IMG/VR virus record: IMGVR_UViG_2061766007_000586
Location: 32,001 to 96,000 of that record
Direction: 5' to 3' (one strand)
Source of the DNA: a virus
Lineage: Duplodnaviria > Caudoviricetes
Length of the DNA stretch: 64,000 nucleotides
In this document: positions 1 to 10,134 of the stretch, one piece after another
Layout of the letters: the number at the start of each line of letters is the position of its first letter
How positions within the stretch are numbered: position 1 is the stretch's first letter
Notes under the pieces: model-generated
Seen by the model: only the letters and a program-made list of their open reading frames with translations
The model's database searches: none
Told to the model about the DNA's origin: nothing
Position numbers and translations under genes: made by a program

Positions 1-265
1 CAACTAAACAAAGACGAAGTGGAATATAAGGTGGCATCCAATTCACTTCTTTTCTAGGACGATTAATTGGAATTAAAATTTCAGTATCTTCAAATGAGAA
101 TCCTTTTTCAAAAAGATTCTTTTTTAATGTTTCATCTTTCGTATCACAGAAACGAATTGCTTTACGATCACTTGCAATTTCAAATTCTTTGTACATAACT
201 TTTACATCTGTGATCTGATTCAATGCACGTTTTACAGGAATACTAACATAAATTTTATCATCCAT
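1..265 (-). CDS. hypothetical protein, partial (runs off the window edge)
   Basis: Manual translation MDDKIYVSIPVKRALNQ... is open to position 1; GGAG RBS upstream. Not in the ORF track. Confidence 0.6.
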   Translation of the reverse strand, partial: MDDKIYVSIPVKRALNQITDVKVMYKEFEIASDRKAIRFCDTKDETLKKNLFEKGFSFEDTEILIPINRPRKEVNWMPPYIPLRLCLV

Positions 266-335
266 AATAAATTCTCCATTTATTAAATTTTATTTGAGTT
301 TCTCTATACCATAAATTATATTACAAATTTTTGGC

Positions 336-344
336 CATTTTATG
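336..344 (+). promoter_or_regulatory. late-type promoter motif CATTTTATG
   Basis: The same 9-mer occurs upstream of several structural genes; phiKZ late promoters centre on TATG. Confidence 0.5.
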
Positions 345-372
345 CGGTTTAGAATAATACCACATAACTAAT

Positions 373-1839
373 ATGAGGTTTTTGATGTCTAACTTTGAAC
401 AGAAAATCACATCTTCTGATATGTCAAACCAACGACTTCACATCTCTGTTCTAAAAGCACATCTGTTAGATATCAAACTAGCTGCTCGATATCATGTGGA
501 TGAGCTGAATCAAATTGTTCAGGATGTAAATCGGATTACAGATCAAGGACTTTATAAATTAAGTCCTTATTCGAAACATTTTTCTAATAATCCAAATGAT
601 GAATTACCTGATAACGGAATTGCTTTACTTTATGTCATTCCTCTTACTAGCGAATATATTCGTCAGTATGAAGTAATAGCAGCAGATGGTAAAACAACTA
701 TTATCACTCGTTTAGGTATTTGGAAAGATAGCTATGTGACTTGGGGAAAATGGAGGACATATTCAGATGATAATCCGTTCTATGAAATACTTAAAGACAC
801 AGTTGCTCGACCAAATACAAATTATCTTAGCTTTGCTGATCATGTACTAACATTACCACACCCTGCTTCATGTAAGGTCGGTGATGTTATTCGACTTGAT
901 CAATGGAAGGGTAATGGTACTGTCGAACAAGGCGATAATTCAATCAGTACAAGTCCAGTAACAACTGGACTTACCACAAAAATGGTTTGTACTGGTTTAT
1001 CAACTGAACAGATTACTCTCGAACGTATTTCCAATACATTATGGGAATCAAAAGATAAAGCTTATCGAATTGATGCAGATATTGTTCATGAAGATACAGG
1101 CATCTATGAAGGTACTGATGACATCTATTGGACAATATCAAAAAACAATATCCCGACATATCGATCCGTAAATACAATTTATACATCTCCAACTCCTGAT
1201 ACTTCAACTTATACAAGATTAATTGAAGAAGTGATTGATGAAGTCACTTATGAGATAGGATCTCCTGTAGGAGCTGAAGTAGGATTAACATTACAATTAG
1301 TTGAATCATCAGGTGAAGAGAATGATATATGGTCCTGTAATACTTATGAATTTGAAATCTTCAACGATAATAACATAAGTAATCCAAATGACAATTACTG
1401 GTGTCTGTTTATTTCAAACGATACTAGAAATGTCAATACAGATACTGTAAATTATAATGATGAAACATTTAATCATTTCCTACATCATGTAACAGATCTC
1501 CATGTGAGAATTACTGAAGTAAGTAATACACTTACTAGTTATGTAAATCATACAAGTGAAATCTTAACAAGTTTTATTAATACAACAAGTGAGATTTTAA
1601 CAAGTTACATCAATGTAGTTAGTAACAATGTAACAAACTTTACCACTTCTAGTATTTCTGCTCACGATGAATCTGAAACAGCTCATGCTTTAATCACGGC
1701 TAGTATTACTTCCACAAAAGCTGAGCTTATAGATCTTATCACAAGCAGTATTTCTGTACATGATGCTAATGCTCAAGCGCATCCTGCTATACAGGAACAA
1801 ATCGCTGCTGCAGCTACACCAGCTCCAGCAGGTCCTTAA
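373..1839 (+). CDS. tail-fibre/baseplate-associated protein, paralogous to the N-terminus of the next gene
   Basis: Shares DVNxIxxxGLY, TRxG, WGxW and LTLPxPxxCxxGDxxRLDQW with 1900..10134; C-terminal coiled coil with HDxxxxAH motifs typical of fibres. Confidence 0.65.
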   Translation: MRFLMSNFEQKITSSDMSNQRLHISVLKAHLLDIKLAARYHVDELNQIVQDVNRITDQGLYKLSPYSKHFSNNPNDELPDNGIALLYVIPLTSEYIRQYEVIAADGKTTIITRLGIWKDSYVTWGKWRTYSDDNPFYEILKDTVARPNTNYLSFADHVLTLPHPASCKVGDVIRLDQWKGNGTVEQGDNSISTSPVTTGLTTKMVCTGLSTEQITLERISNTLWESKDKAYRIDADIVHEDTGIYEGTDDIYWTISKNNIPTYRSVNTIYTSPTPDTSTYTRLIEEVIDEVTYEIGSPVGAEVGLTLQLVESSGEENDIWSCNTYEFEIFNDNNISNPNDNYWCLFISNDTRNVNTDTVNYNDETFNHFLHHVTDLHVRITEVSNTLTSYVNHTSEILTSFINTTSEILTSYINVVSNNVTNFTTSSISAHDESETAHALITASITSTKAELIDLITSSISVHDANAQAHPAIQEQIAAAATPAPAGP

Positions 1840-1899
1840 TGTATTGAATTCTATGAGAAGATTTTAAATCATAATTAATCTATCAAAGGAATATTACAT

Positions 1900-4800
1900 A
1901 TGTCTAACATGAAATCAGTCATCGGTTTCGATGACAACTTATCTAACGGTCTGCAGGAGTTTGCACCTACCTCTTATGCAGTCAGTAAGATGAGAGCTGC
2001 ACGTACTCCTTATGGATTAAATGGTTCTGTGATTAAGGATGTAAATGACATCTTTAAACCAGGACTATATCTATTAGGAGCAGGTACGGAACATACCAAA
2101 AATGACAGTTATGTTCTTACAGATAGTGATACCGGCTATCTGTACTTATTAGGTCCTGATCCTGATGAATCTCTAAAGGGTGGTCATGTATTAACGAATA
2201 AGCGTGAAGCAACCGGAGTGACGTTTAGAGAAATTCTCTATATGAATCAAGGCTCTTCCAACGTTATTACAACACGCTTTGGTCGCTATATTGCTGATAT
2301 CAGTAATACCACAAGTAATCTTGGACTTCATCACATTGAAAGTATTCAATCTTTGTATGATACTTGCCCTGCTGGTGGAAGTAAGATTCTTTGTTGGGTT
2401 GAAGATATTGCTCTTTGGATTACAGCAAATCGTAAACAGGATTTAGTTGAATGGCATCCTGCTATTAGATGGGGTGCTTGGCAAAGTATCGGAACAGGTG
2501 CATCCGGTGGTAGTGGTGGTTCTTCCGTAGGTGGTTCTATGTCTATGGAACTTCTTGAGGATAGTAAAGAAGCCACACCTAATACGATTTACGTTTCTTT
2601 CGGTGATTATACATTAACCCTCCCTGATCCTTCTATCTGCTCTCTTGGTGATAAAGTTCGTCTTGATCAATGGGCAAATACCGGTAGAGTTATCAATCTC
2701 GATGGTACTATTGATGTTACCACAACTCCTTGTGTAAACGGTGTTGATCAAGCTGACTTTACTTGGAGTGGTGATAACATTATTCCTGATGGAACTATTT
2801 TCCATCACAGTACAGAAGAAGGATTAACTTGGTCTGCTGTTGCAAATAATACAACTTATGTTATCAAACAAGTTAGTTTCTTAGATGATGCAGTTCGTTA
2901 TGTATTAACAACAGCTGATAGTTCTGTTATTCTCAGACTCTGCTATACTGAAGTAACATATCCTTTTGTTGAAGAAGCTGAGTGGGCAAATATTACAACT
3001 CTGGCTGGTGGATATCCAATTCCTGAGAATGTCAATATTTCTGATATCACTCGTGGTATCTCTGCTGCTCATAAAGTTCATCCTGTTCTGATTACAATCG
3101 ATACAGATCTTATCGGTTGTATTTCTTATGAATTCGAGCTTACGTATGATGGATATAATCAAGATCCAAATACTAAGATTTGGGTTCTTCTGAAGAGCAA
3201 TGATGATGAAACAGTTGTAGCTTCTATTCAGAGAATGGTTGGAAATAAAGTTGTAAAACATACAACTGAAATTGAAAACCTTTGGGATAAAGTTAGCAGT
3301 CTTGATATTGGTCCTTTAGTCAGTAGAGTAAGTTCTCTTGAAAACACTGTTGTAGATTACATTAATGTTACTTCACAGGTATACATCACTGAACATTCTG
3401 CAGCAATGGACTATGCAAATGAGATCATTGCAAGTGCTGCTATTGATCATGATACTATCACTAGTTCTGTTTATTCTGCAGCTAAAGCTTATACTGATAG
3501 TCAGGTTTCTCCTGTTAGTGCTCTTGCTTCAAACAATAGTTCTAGAATTAATGTTACTAGTAATAAAGTTTCTGCAACAAGTTCTTCACTTGTAGTACTT
3601 AGTGCTATAGTGAGTACACATGTAAATGGTGGTCACGATACGGGTCACTGGACATCATCTGAAATTGCTGGAATGGCTGATCTTACTGGTGTCAGTTCTG
3701 TACTTAGTGCGACTAGTTCAATGGCTAAGACTACTAGTACGACTTTATCATCTGTAAGTTCTTCTGTTAGTGTTCATATCAACGGTGGTAAAAACACTGG
3801 TCACTGGACAGCAGAACAGTTATCTTCGATGATGCCATCATCAGCTATACCTGGTGTGAATACATTAACAGCTGGTACAACTAATGTTATTATTACATCT
3901 GGTATGGACGATGCTACAGGAAAAGGTGATCTTGTCATTTCTGTTGTTCAACCTGTCAAATTAGCTAGTAGTGCTGGTGGAGAAAGTTGTGTAATCAGTG
4001 AGGTTGCTGGTGATGTTGGAACATTAAACTTTAGCAGATTAAATCTCATGTATGATGCATACAAAAGTAATACAAATGTGCAAGCTGCATGGGATAATGA
4101 TTATACTGTTCCTACTGCGGCAGCTGTTGCACGACTTGTTGTATCAAGATCTGTTACAGTTCAACCTGGATTAGCTGGTGTTGCTACACTTACAACAAAT
4201 GACAATCGTGTTATATTAAGCTCAGGTTCAGAAGATGAAGTAGGTCAGGGTAATATTACAATCGCTGTTAATGTTTCTGATATCGAAAGTGATGTAGAAG
4301 AAATCAGTTCTACTGTCAGTAACCTATCTTCTAATTTAAATGAAGCAATATCAACTGTAAGTGATATTTCTTCTAGCTTAGATAGTACTATATCCGCTGT
4401 AAGCAATGCATCATCAAGTTTAAATGATGTAGTGTCTAATGTAAGCGATATCTCTTCTAATCTGGATAGTGTGATATCTGATGTATCTGAACACATCAAT
4501 GGTAGTAGTAGTACTGGCCACTGGACTGCAGAAGAAATTCAAGGCATGATTAATGCAGGATCTGCAGGCATTGCTATCTCTGAAGGAGACAATGTATCGA
4601 TTGGTACAAGTGATGTTAACGGAATTACTACGTATTATATCAGTGCGTTAACCAATGCTGACTCTGCTACAGGTGACGGAAGTACACTTGGTATCGTAGC
4701 TACGTTAACTGATATTGAATCCAATAATGCAAGCAATTCTGTAGTTCCAACAGTAAGAGCTGTTTATAATTACGGATCTGATATCCTTAGCTATACATCT

Positions 4801-7800
4801 TCTGTTAGTGAAAACGCAAGTGCTGCAATATCTGATATTAATTCAACTGTTAATGATATCAGTGAAGCTGTTTTGTCAAGTGCTGGTGTTCATTCACTTT
4901 CTCGTGGAACAGATAACGTCATAATCTCTTCCAACGGAACAGATTTTACAATTTCTGTTAATGCAACTTCTGTAGCTTTAGCTCAAGGTGTAAGCACTGG
5001 AAATTCCGACATATCTGATATAGCTGGTGTTGTTGGTACACTGGATTATCAAAGATTAACTCAACTGTACACTGCAGCTAAGAACGGTACTAATCTTGAA
5101 TCAAGTTGGTTGAATGATTATACTGTTCCTACTGCTGAAGCTGTAGCTAGAACAATCGCTGCTGCTATGCCGTCAACTACTTCTGATGGAAGTCAGGTTT
5201 CTTATAACGATGGTCCTATCTATGGATTTGCATCTGATATTAGTAGTTACGTTAATGATGTTAGTAACATTGTTTCTAACACAAGTAGTAGACTTGGAGT
5301 TGTTTCTGAATTAGTATCTTCTAATGATGTAATTCTGAGTTCTGTAAGTGATGCAGCTGCTACAGCAAGTACAAAAGCAAGTGCAGTTTCTTCTTCGCTA
5401 CTTGAACTCGATTCATTTGTAAGTGATGTAAGTGCAACTGTATCCAATATTGATAGTAGCTTAGCGGTTGTATCTTCAACTGTAGATTCACATACGGATT
5501 TAATTAGTTCCGCTTCTGATCTTGCAGATACAGCTAGTTCTTTAGCCGCTTCTGCTTCAGATTCAGTTAGTGCTTTATCTGATATTGTAGATGGTGTCAG
5601 TGATACAGTTGATACTGTCAGTAATACTGTTTCTGCAGTAAGTGGCACAGTAGATGAAGTTAGTAACACTGTAGATACTGTCTCAAGTACAGTTAGTTCT
5701 GTTTCTAGTTCTGTGTCAGCACTACAAAGTGCTTTTGATGTGGTTAGTAGTGATCATTATGAAGTAAGTTCCGCTCTTGATGTCGCTATCTCGTCTGCTA
5801 GTGCATTACAAGAAGCATTTGATACAATCAATATTCCTACTTCAGCACACATTTACGGCGGTAATGATACAGGACACTGGACTGCTGGACAAATTCAGGG
5901 TATGATTCAAGCAGGTTCTGCAGGTATTGCTATCTCTGAAGGTGCTAATGTTACAATTGATCCTATCACTGATCCTGATACTAGTATTACTACTTATTAT
6001 ATCAGTGCATCTCCGACTACTTATAGTCTCTGTAACGGCTCTAGTATTTCGGGTATTGTTGTAGCATCTAACAATGTTATCTCTACCTATGGTAATACTG
6101 CTGAAACCAGCTATGTTGTTCCCACAATGCGTGCTGTGTACAACATGAGTTCTGCACTTAATAGTGCAATTGGTACAAAGCAAGCAGCTGGTAATTATGC
6201 ATCTGCTACACATAGTCACACAATTGCAAACATTAGTGACTTACAAACAGCACTGGATGGTAAACAAGCTGCTGGCGATTATGCACTATCCGACCATAGT
6301 CACACTATCGCTAATATCAGTGGTCTGCAAGATGCTCTTAACGGCAAAGCAGCGACTGGTCATAATCACAATGGTGTATATGCAACAACTGATCATATCA
6401 CTATTCTTTCTAGTGGTGATAATGTTACATTAAGCTCTTCTGTAAATGGTAGTCAGACTACTTATTACATTAGTGCATCTGATACAAGTTACGGGAGTGC
6501 TACTGGCAATAGTACAACTCTTGGTGTTGTAGCTACAGTAACCGAAGTTGATAGCGACTATGAGTCAAATTATCAAGTACCAACCGTTGCTGCTGTATAT
6601 TCTTACGGTTCAGCTATTAGTAGTTATGCTACTGCAGTTTCTAGAGCAGTTTCTAATGTTGATAGTACTCTCAGTGCTGTAAGTGGTACTGTAGATACTG
6701 TTAGTACAACTGCTAAGAATGCAAGTAACACTGCTTCTGCTGCAGCATCAACTGCAAATGCTGTAAGTACAGATTTCTATGACACAAGTAGTGTAGTCTC
6801 TAATATGGACGATACACTTGATGAATTAGTAATTCATTACAACGCAACAAGTGATACTGTTAGTGAAATTAGTTCTACTCTGACGACTGTTGTTAATTCT
6901 GCCACAGCATTACAGACTTCGTTTGATTCTGTAAGTAATGACTTCTACGGAGTTAGTGGGAGTATTGAAACAATTGTAGACTCAGCTACAAGTTTACAAT
7001 CTTCATTTAACGCAGTGAGTGAAGATCTCTATGATGTTAGCAGAGGTATTTCTACAATTACGGATTCTGCTACATCTTTACAAACTTCATTCGATTCTGT
7101 AAGCAACGATTTCTATGGAGTTAGTGGAAATATCTCTACTATTGTAGATTCAGCAACATCCTTACAAACATCATTTGAAGCTGTAAGCACTGACTTCTAT
7201 CAGGTTAGTGGTAATATTTCAACAATCGAAGATTCAGCTACTTCACTACAATCTTCATTCAATACAGTAAGTGATACTGTTAGCGAAATCAGTTCAACAC
7301 TTATGAGTGATGTGATTGAATCAGCTACTTCATTACAGACTTCATTTGAAGCAGTTAGTACTGACCTCTATTATGTGAGTAATGATGTATCAGTTATTAT
7401 TGATTCTGCTACAAGCTTACAGTCTGCTTATGACGCAACAAGCAATCTTGTATCTGAAGTTAGTAGTGACTTCTATAATACATCATCTGAAATTTCATCT
7501 CACATCAATGGTGGTAGTGAAACAGGTCACTGGACTGAAGAAGAACTATTAGCCAAAATTGATACTGGTGTAACTGGTGTTGCAATTTCTGGTGTAAGTA
7601 ATATCTCTGTTACTAATAGTAATGTAAATAGTATTAACACGTTCTATGTTAGTGCTATGATCAATGGTGTTTCTAACTCTGGTATTAGTGCATGGGTAGA
7701 TAGTCAAGGCACTTATATTCAAGGTATCGATGCTACCACGTATATCGAATCAGGTGGTCCTGGTACGGCTATATTTGGCGTTGTAAAGGTAGCTAAAGAA

Positions 7801-10134
7801 TATGAGCGTGGTACAGATCCATTCTTCCGTGGTTATTCCAATCAAACCACCTACAATCCTGATTGGGATAGTGCAGATAGTTTTGTACCATCACTTAAAT
7901 TAATTCACAAGAATTATTTACCAAAGCAAATGGCAGTTGCTGTTAACCATGAATTCTTCTCAGATACAAGTACTTGCGCAGCTATGCGTAATAAATATCT
8001 TGCTTGGAAGCATGGTGGTGCAGTTGCGCCTATTGCTGCACACGGTATTACAGAAATTAAGAATGTATGGTCTAATTTAAGTGCTAGTGAAATAAATGTA
8101 GCAGCAAGCAATTATGGTAGTAATATCAGCGAAGACGGTGGAGAAAGTTCAGGAACAAGATATCTCTTTGCTGAAAATTGCGCCGTTCCTACATTCCATA
8201 CATTTGTTGTAGCTATTTCTGAACTTCAGACAAGTATTGGCACTGGTGGTGGAACACCGGTTGTTGTATCCCAGGGTTCTGGTATTACTGTTGAATCCAG
8301 TGCAGCTGGTAGTTCTATGGTATATAAGGTTAGTGGAACCTTCTGTGACGGAACAACTCAAGTAGGTATTGTTAGAGCCTCTAATGCTATTGTATCTACA
8401 GCATCTACTAATGCCGCTACAGGATCTTCAAATACTGCTGAAACGAAATATATTGTTCCAACTATGCGTGCTGTCTGGAGTATGAGTTCTGCTCTTAACA
8501 GTGCTATTGGAACTAAAACGAGTTACAATCTCTGTAATGGTTCTAGTATAACTGGTGTGGTTAAAGCTTCTAATTCGATTATATCTACTGCTGGTACAGC
8601 TGGAAATCCAGAAACAAGTTACATTGTTCCTACCATGAGAGCTGTATACAACATGAGTTCCAATCTTAACAGTTCAATTGCGGCTAAGAAAACAGTCTCT
8701 GTTGTAGCAGGTGATAATGTTAGTGTTGCTTCATCCACGAACGGTGATATTGTTTCTTACATTGTTAGCTGTCTTGCTTCAGGTGGTGGGCCTGGTGGAT
8801 CTGTTGATCTTTTAACATCATTAACCGCTGCTGATGCTTCTGTCACCAATAAAGCAGTAACACCTGCTGCTGTTATTGGAAGTTTCATCAATACAAGCAT
8901 GATGGGCTTTAATGTAGGAACTATTACTCCGTTCTTAAATGCACTTGGTTTTGGATTCTATACAAAGAACAATGCATATTGTCTTGATGAATTCAAAGCT
9001 GATATGAGTATGATTGACTCTAGATTAAGAGTTAAAACGAATGGTGGATATTTTGCATATCCATATGCACAGCCATCCTGTAGCACATATAGTACTAATA
9101 TCAGTGGATTGATGAATAACTCTTCGCATGGTAAATACGGAAAGGCTATTTCTAAATACCACGATGCAGTTATGAATAGTTCTGAATACATTGAAGAATA
9201 TCTCGTTACTGATGCAGTATCCTCAGCTAGCTTCCAAGCTCAAGTTACAGCACTTAACGTTGTGTCTAATCCAAATATGATTGTTTGGAAAGATACATGT
9301 GTTACATTACCATTTGGTCCAGTCATCAGTGGTAAAACGCATCGTTTCGTTGTTGAATTTGGTCGTACTGTGCCTGTTGTTGCAGGTGACGATTACCCGC
9401 ACAAGCAGTACTTACTCAAGCCTGTTGATGAGTTACTGTATTGCGGACTTACTATTATTAATCCTACTAAAGACGATCATCAACTGTATGACTTAATTCC
9501 TCAATACATTAATAACATCTATGCAAGTGATGCAAATGGTGTTTGTATTCAAGGATTTAATCATATGTTCCAGCGTGTCTGGCTTGTTCCTGCTTGCAAT
9601 GCAGCATTACAGATGGCATATGTTACAATTGGTATTGAACATCAAGCTGTTTCTACAACTGTATCTGCTGAAAATTGTCAGTGGCCTTATGCCGGCATCC
9701 TGAATGATACTTCTTTCACAAGCACACCTGAAACTGGAGAAGATGGTCATACTGGTGTACTTGAACCTCATGCCGGTAAGGTTGTTGTTTCAACTGAAAC
9801 AGGTTTCTGGAACCTTGACGCATATTGGGGTAATCATGCTAATATGAGTCAGATTCTTATGTCCAGTACTGATTGCTGGTATCAATATGGTAGTGATTAT
9901 CATAGAACAGCTACAGATGCTGTTGAAGAAGGTGAAGACGTTGAAACAACTAGACCTCCATCCAGCGCTGGTGATACGCTCAGTGATATTATTCTGAATT
10001 CTGGCACTGAACTAGAATTAGTGTCGGGTGTTTCGGATAAATATCAATCAGCTGTAAACGTTACAATCAATTCTGGTGCATCTGCATACGTGGGTGAAGG
10101 TACCTACATGAAAGGAGTAAAGTTACATGGGTGA
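1900..10134 (+). CDS. giant Ser/Thr-rich tail fibre / receptor-binding protein (2744 aa)
   Basis: HSHTIANISxLQxALxGK phage-tail repeats, recurring GxV...VPTxxAVY modules, heptad Ser-rich coiled coils; AAGGA RBS. Confidence 0.75.
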   Translation: MSNMKSVIGFDDNLSNGLQEFAPTSYAVSKMRAARTPYGLNGSVIKDVNDIFKPGLYLLGAGTEHTKNDSYVLTDSDTGYLYLLGPDPDESLKGGHVLTNKREATGVTFREILYMNQGSSNVITTRFGRYIADISNTTSNLGLHHIESIQSLYDTCPAGGSKILCWVEDIALWITANRKQDLVEWHPAIRWGAWQSIGTGASGGSGGSSVGGSMSMELLEDSKEATPNTIYVSFGDYTLTLPDPSICSLGDKVRLDQWANTGRVINLDGTIDVTTTPCVNGVDQADFTWSGDNIIPDGTIFHHSTEEGLTWSAVANNTTYVIKQVSFLDDAVRYVLTTADSSVILRLCYTEVTYPFVEEAEWANITTLAGGYPIPENVNISDITRGISAAHKVHPVLITIDTDLIGCISYEFELTYDGYNQDPNTKIWVLLKSNDDETVVASIQRMVGNKVVKHTTEIENLWDKVSSLDIGPLVSRVSSLENTVVDYINVTSQVYITEHSAAMDYANEIIASAAIDHDTITSSVYSAAKAYTDSQVSPVSALASNNSSRINVTSNKVSATSSSLVVLSAIVSTHVNGGHDTGHWTSSEIAGMADLTGVSSVLSATSSMAKTTSTTLSSVSSSVSVHINGGKNTGHWTAEQLSSMMPSSAIPGVNTLTAGTTNVIITSGMDDATGKGDLVISVVQPVKLASSAGGESCVISEVAGDVGTLNFSRLNLMYDAYKSNTNVQAAWDNDYTVPTAAAVARLVVSRSVTVQPGLAGVATLTTNDNRVILSSGSEDEVGQGNITIAVNVSDIESDVEEISSTVSNLSSNLNEAISTVSDISSSLDSTISAVSNASSSLNDVVSNVSDISSNLDSVISDVSEHINGSSSTGHWTAEEIQGMINAGSAGIAISEGDNVSIGTSDVNGITTYYISALTNADSATGDGSTLGIVATLTDIESNNASNSVVPTVRAVYNYGSDILSYTSSVSENASAAISDINSTVNDISEAVLSSAGVHSLSRGTDNVIISSNGTDFTISVNATSVALAQGVSTGNSDISDIAGVVGTLDYQRLTQLYTAAKNGTNLESSWLNDYTVPTAEAVARTIAAAMPSTTSDGSQVSYNDGPIYGFASDISSYVNDVSNIVSNTSSRLGVVSELVSSNDVILSSVSDAAATASTKASAVSSSLLELDSFVSDVSATVSNIDSSLAVVSSTVDSHTDLISSASDLADTASSLAASASDSVSALSDIVDGVSDTVDTVSNTVSAVSGTVDEVSNTVDTVSSTVSSVSSSVSALQSAFDVVSSDHYEVSSALDVAISSASALQEAFDTINIPTSAHIYGGNDTGHWTAGQIQGMIQAGSAGIAISEGANVTIDPITDPDTSITTYYISASPTTYSLCNGSSISGIVVASNNVISTYGNTAETSYVVPTMRAVYNMSSALNSAIGTKQAAGNYASATHSHTIANISDLQTALDGKQAAGDYALSDHSHTIANISGLQDALNGKAATGHNHNGVYATTDHITILSSGDNVTLSSSVNGSQTTYYISASDTSYGSATGNSTTLGVVATVTEVDSDYESNYQVPTVAAVYSYGSAISSYATAVSRAVSNVDSTLSAVSGTVDTVSTTAKNASNTASAAASTANAVSTDFYDTSSVVSNMDDTLDELVIHYNATSDTVSEISSTLTTVVNSATALQTSFDSVSNDFYGVSGSIETIVDSATSLQSSFNAVSEDLYDVSRGISTITDSATSLQTSFDSVSNDFYGVSGNISTIVDSATSLQTSFEAVSTDFYQVSGNISTIEDSATSLQSSFNTVSDTVSEISSTLMSDVIESATSLQTSFEAVSTDLYYVSNDVSVIIDSATSLQSAYDATSNLVSEVSSDFYNTSSEISSHINGGSETGHWTEEELLAKIDTGVTGVAISGVSNISVTNSNVNSINTFYVSAMINGVSNSGISAWVDSQGTYIQGIDATTYIESGGPGTAIFGVVKVAKEYERGTDPFFRGYSNQTTYNPDWDSADSFVPSLKLIHKNYLPKQMAVAVNHEFFSDTSTCAAMRNKYLAWKHGGAVAPIAAHGITEIKNVWSNLSASEINVAASNYGSNISEDGGESSGTRYLFAENCAVPTFHTFVVAISELQTSIGTGGGTPVVVSQGSGITVESSAAGSSMVYKVSGTFCDGTTQVGIVRASNAIVSTASTNAATGSSNTAETKYIVPTMRAVWSMSSALNSAIGTKTSYNLCNGSSITGVVKASNSIISTAGTAGNPETSYIVPTMRAVYNMSSNLNSSIAAKKTVSVVAGDNVSVASSTNGDIVSYIVSCLASGGGPGGSVDLLTSLTAADASVTNKAVTPAAVIGSFINTSMMGFNVGTITPFLNALGFGFYTKNNAYCLDEFKADMSMIDSRLRVKTNGGYFAYPYAQPSCSTYSTNISGLMNNSSHGKYGKAISKYHDAVMNSSEYIEEYLVTDAVSSASFQAQVTALNVVSNPNMIVWKDTCVTLPFGPVISGKTHRFVVEFGRTVPVVAGDDYPHKQYLLKPVDELLYCGLTIINPTKDDHQLYDLIPQYINNIYASDANGVCIQGFNHMFQRVWLVPACNAALQMAYVTIGIEHQAVSTTVSAENCQWPYAGILNDTSFTSTPETGEDGHTGVLEPHAGKVVVSTETGFWNLDAYWGNHANMSQILMSSTDCWYQYGSDYHRTATDAVEEGEDVETTRPPSSAGDTLSDIILNSGTELELVSGVSDKYQSAVNVTINSGASAYVGEGTYMKGVKLHG
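6898..7430 (+). repeat. about 6-7 degenerate, mostly 84-bp (28-aa) tandem repeats, SATSLQ(T/S)SFxxVSxDFYxVSxxIxTIxD
   Basis: Visible in the translation; synonymous positions have diverged between copies. Confidence 0.8.

Noticed and set aside
317-324. Plus-strand TATATTAC upstream of the fibre operon as an early promoter
   Set aside because: A single plus-strand copy in very AT-rich DNA next to a late motif; chance cannot be excluded.
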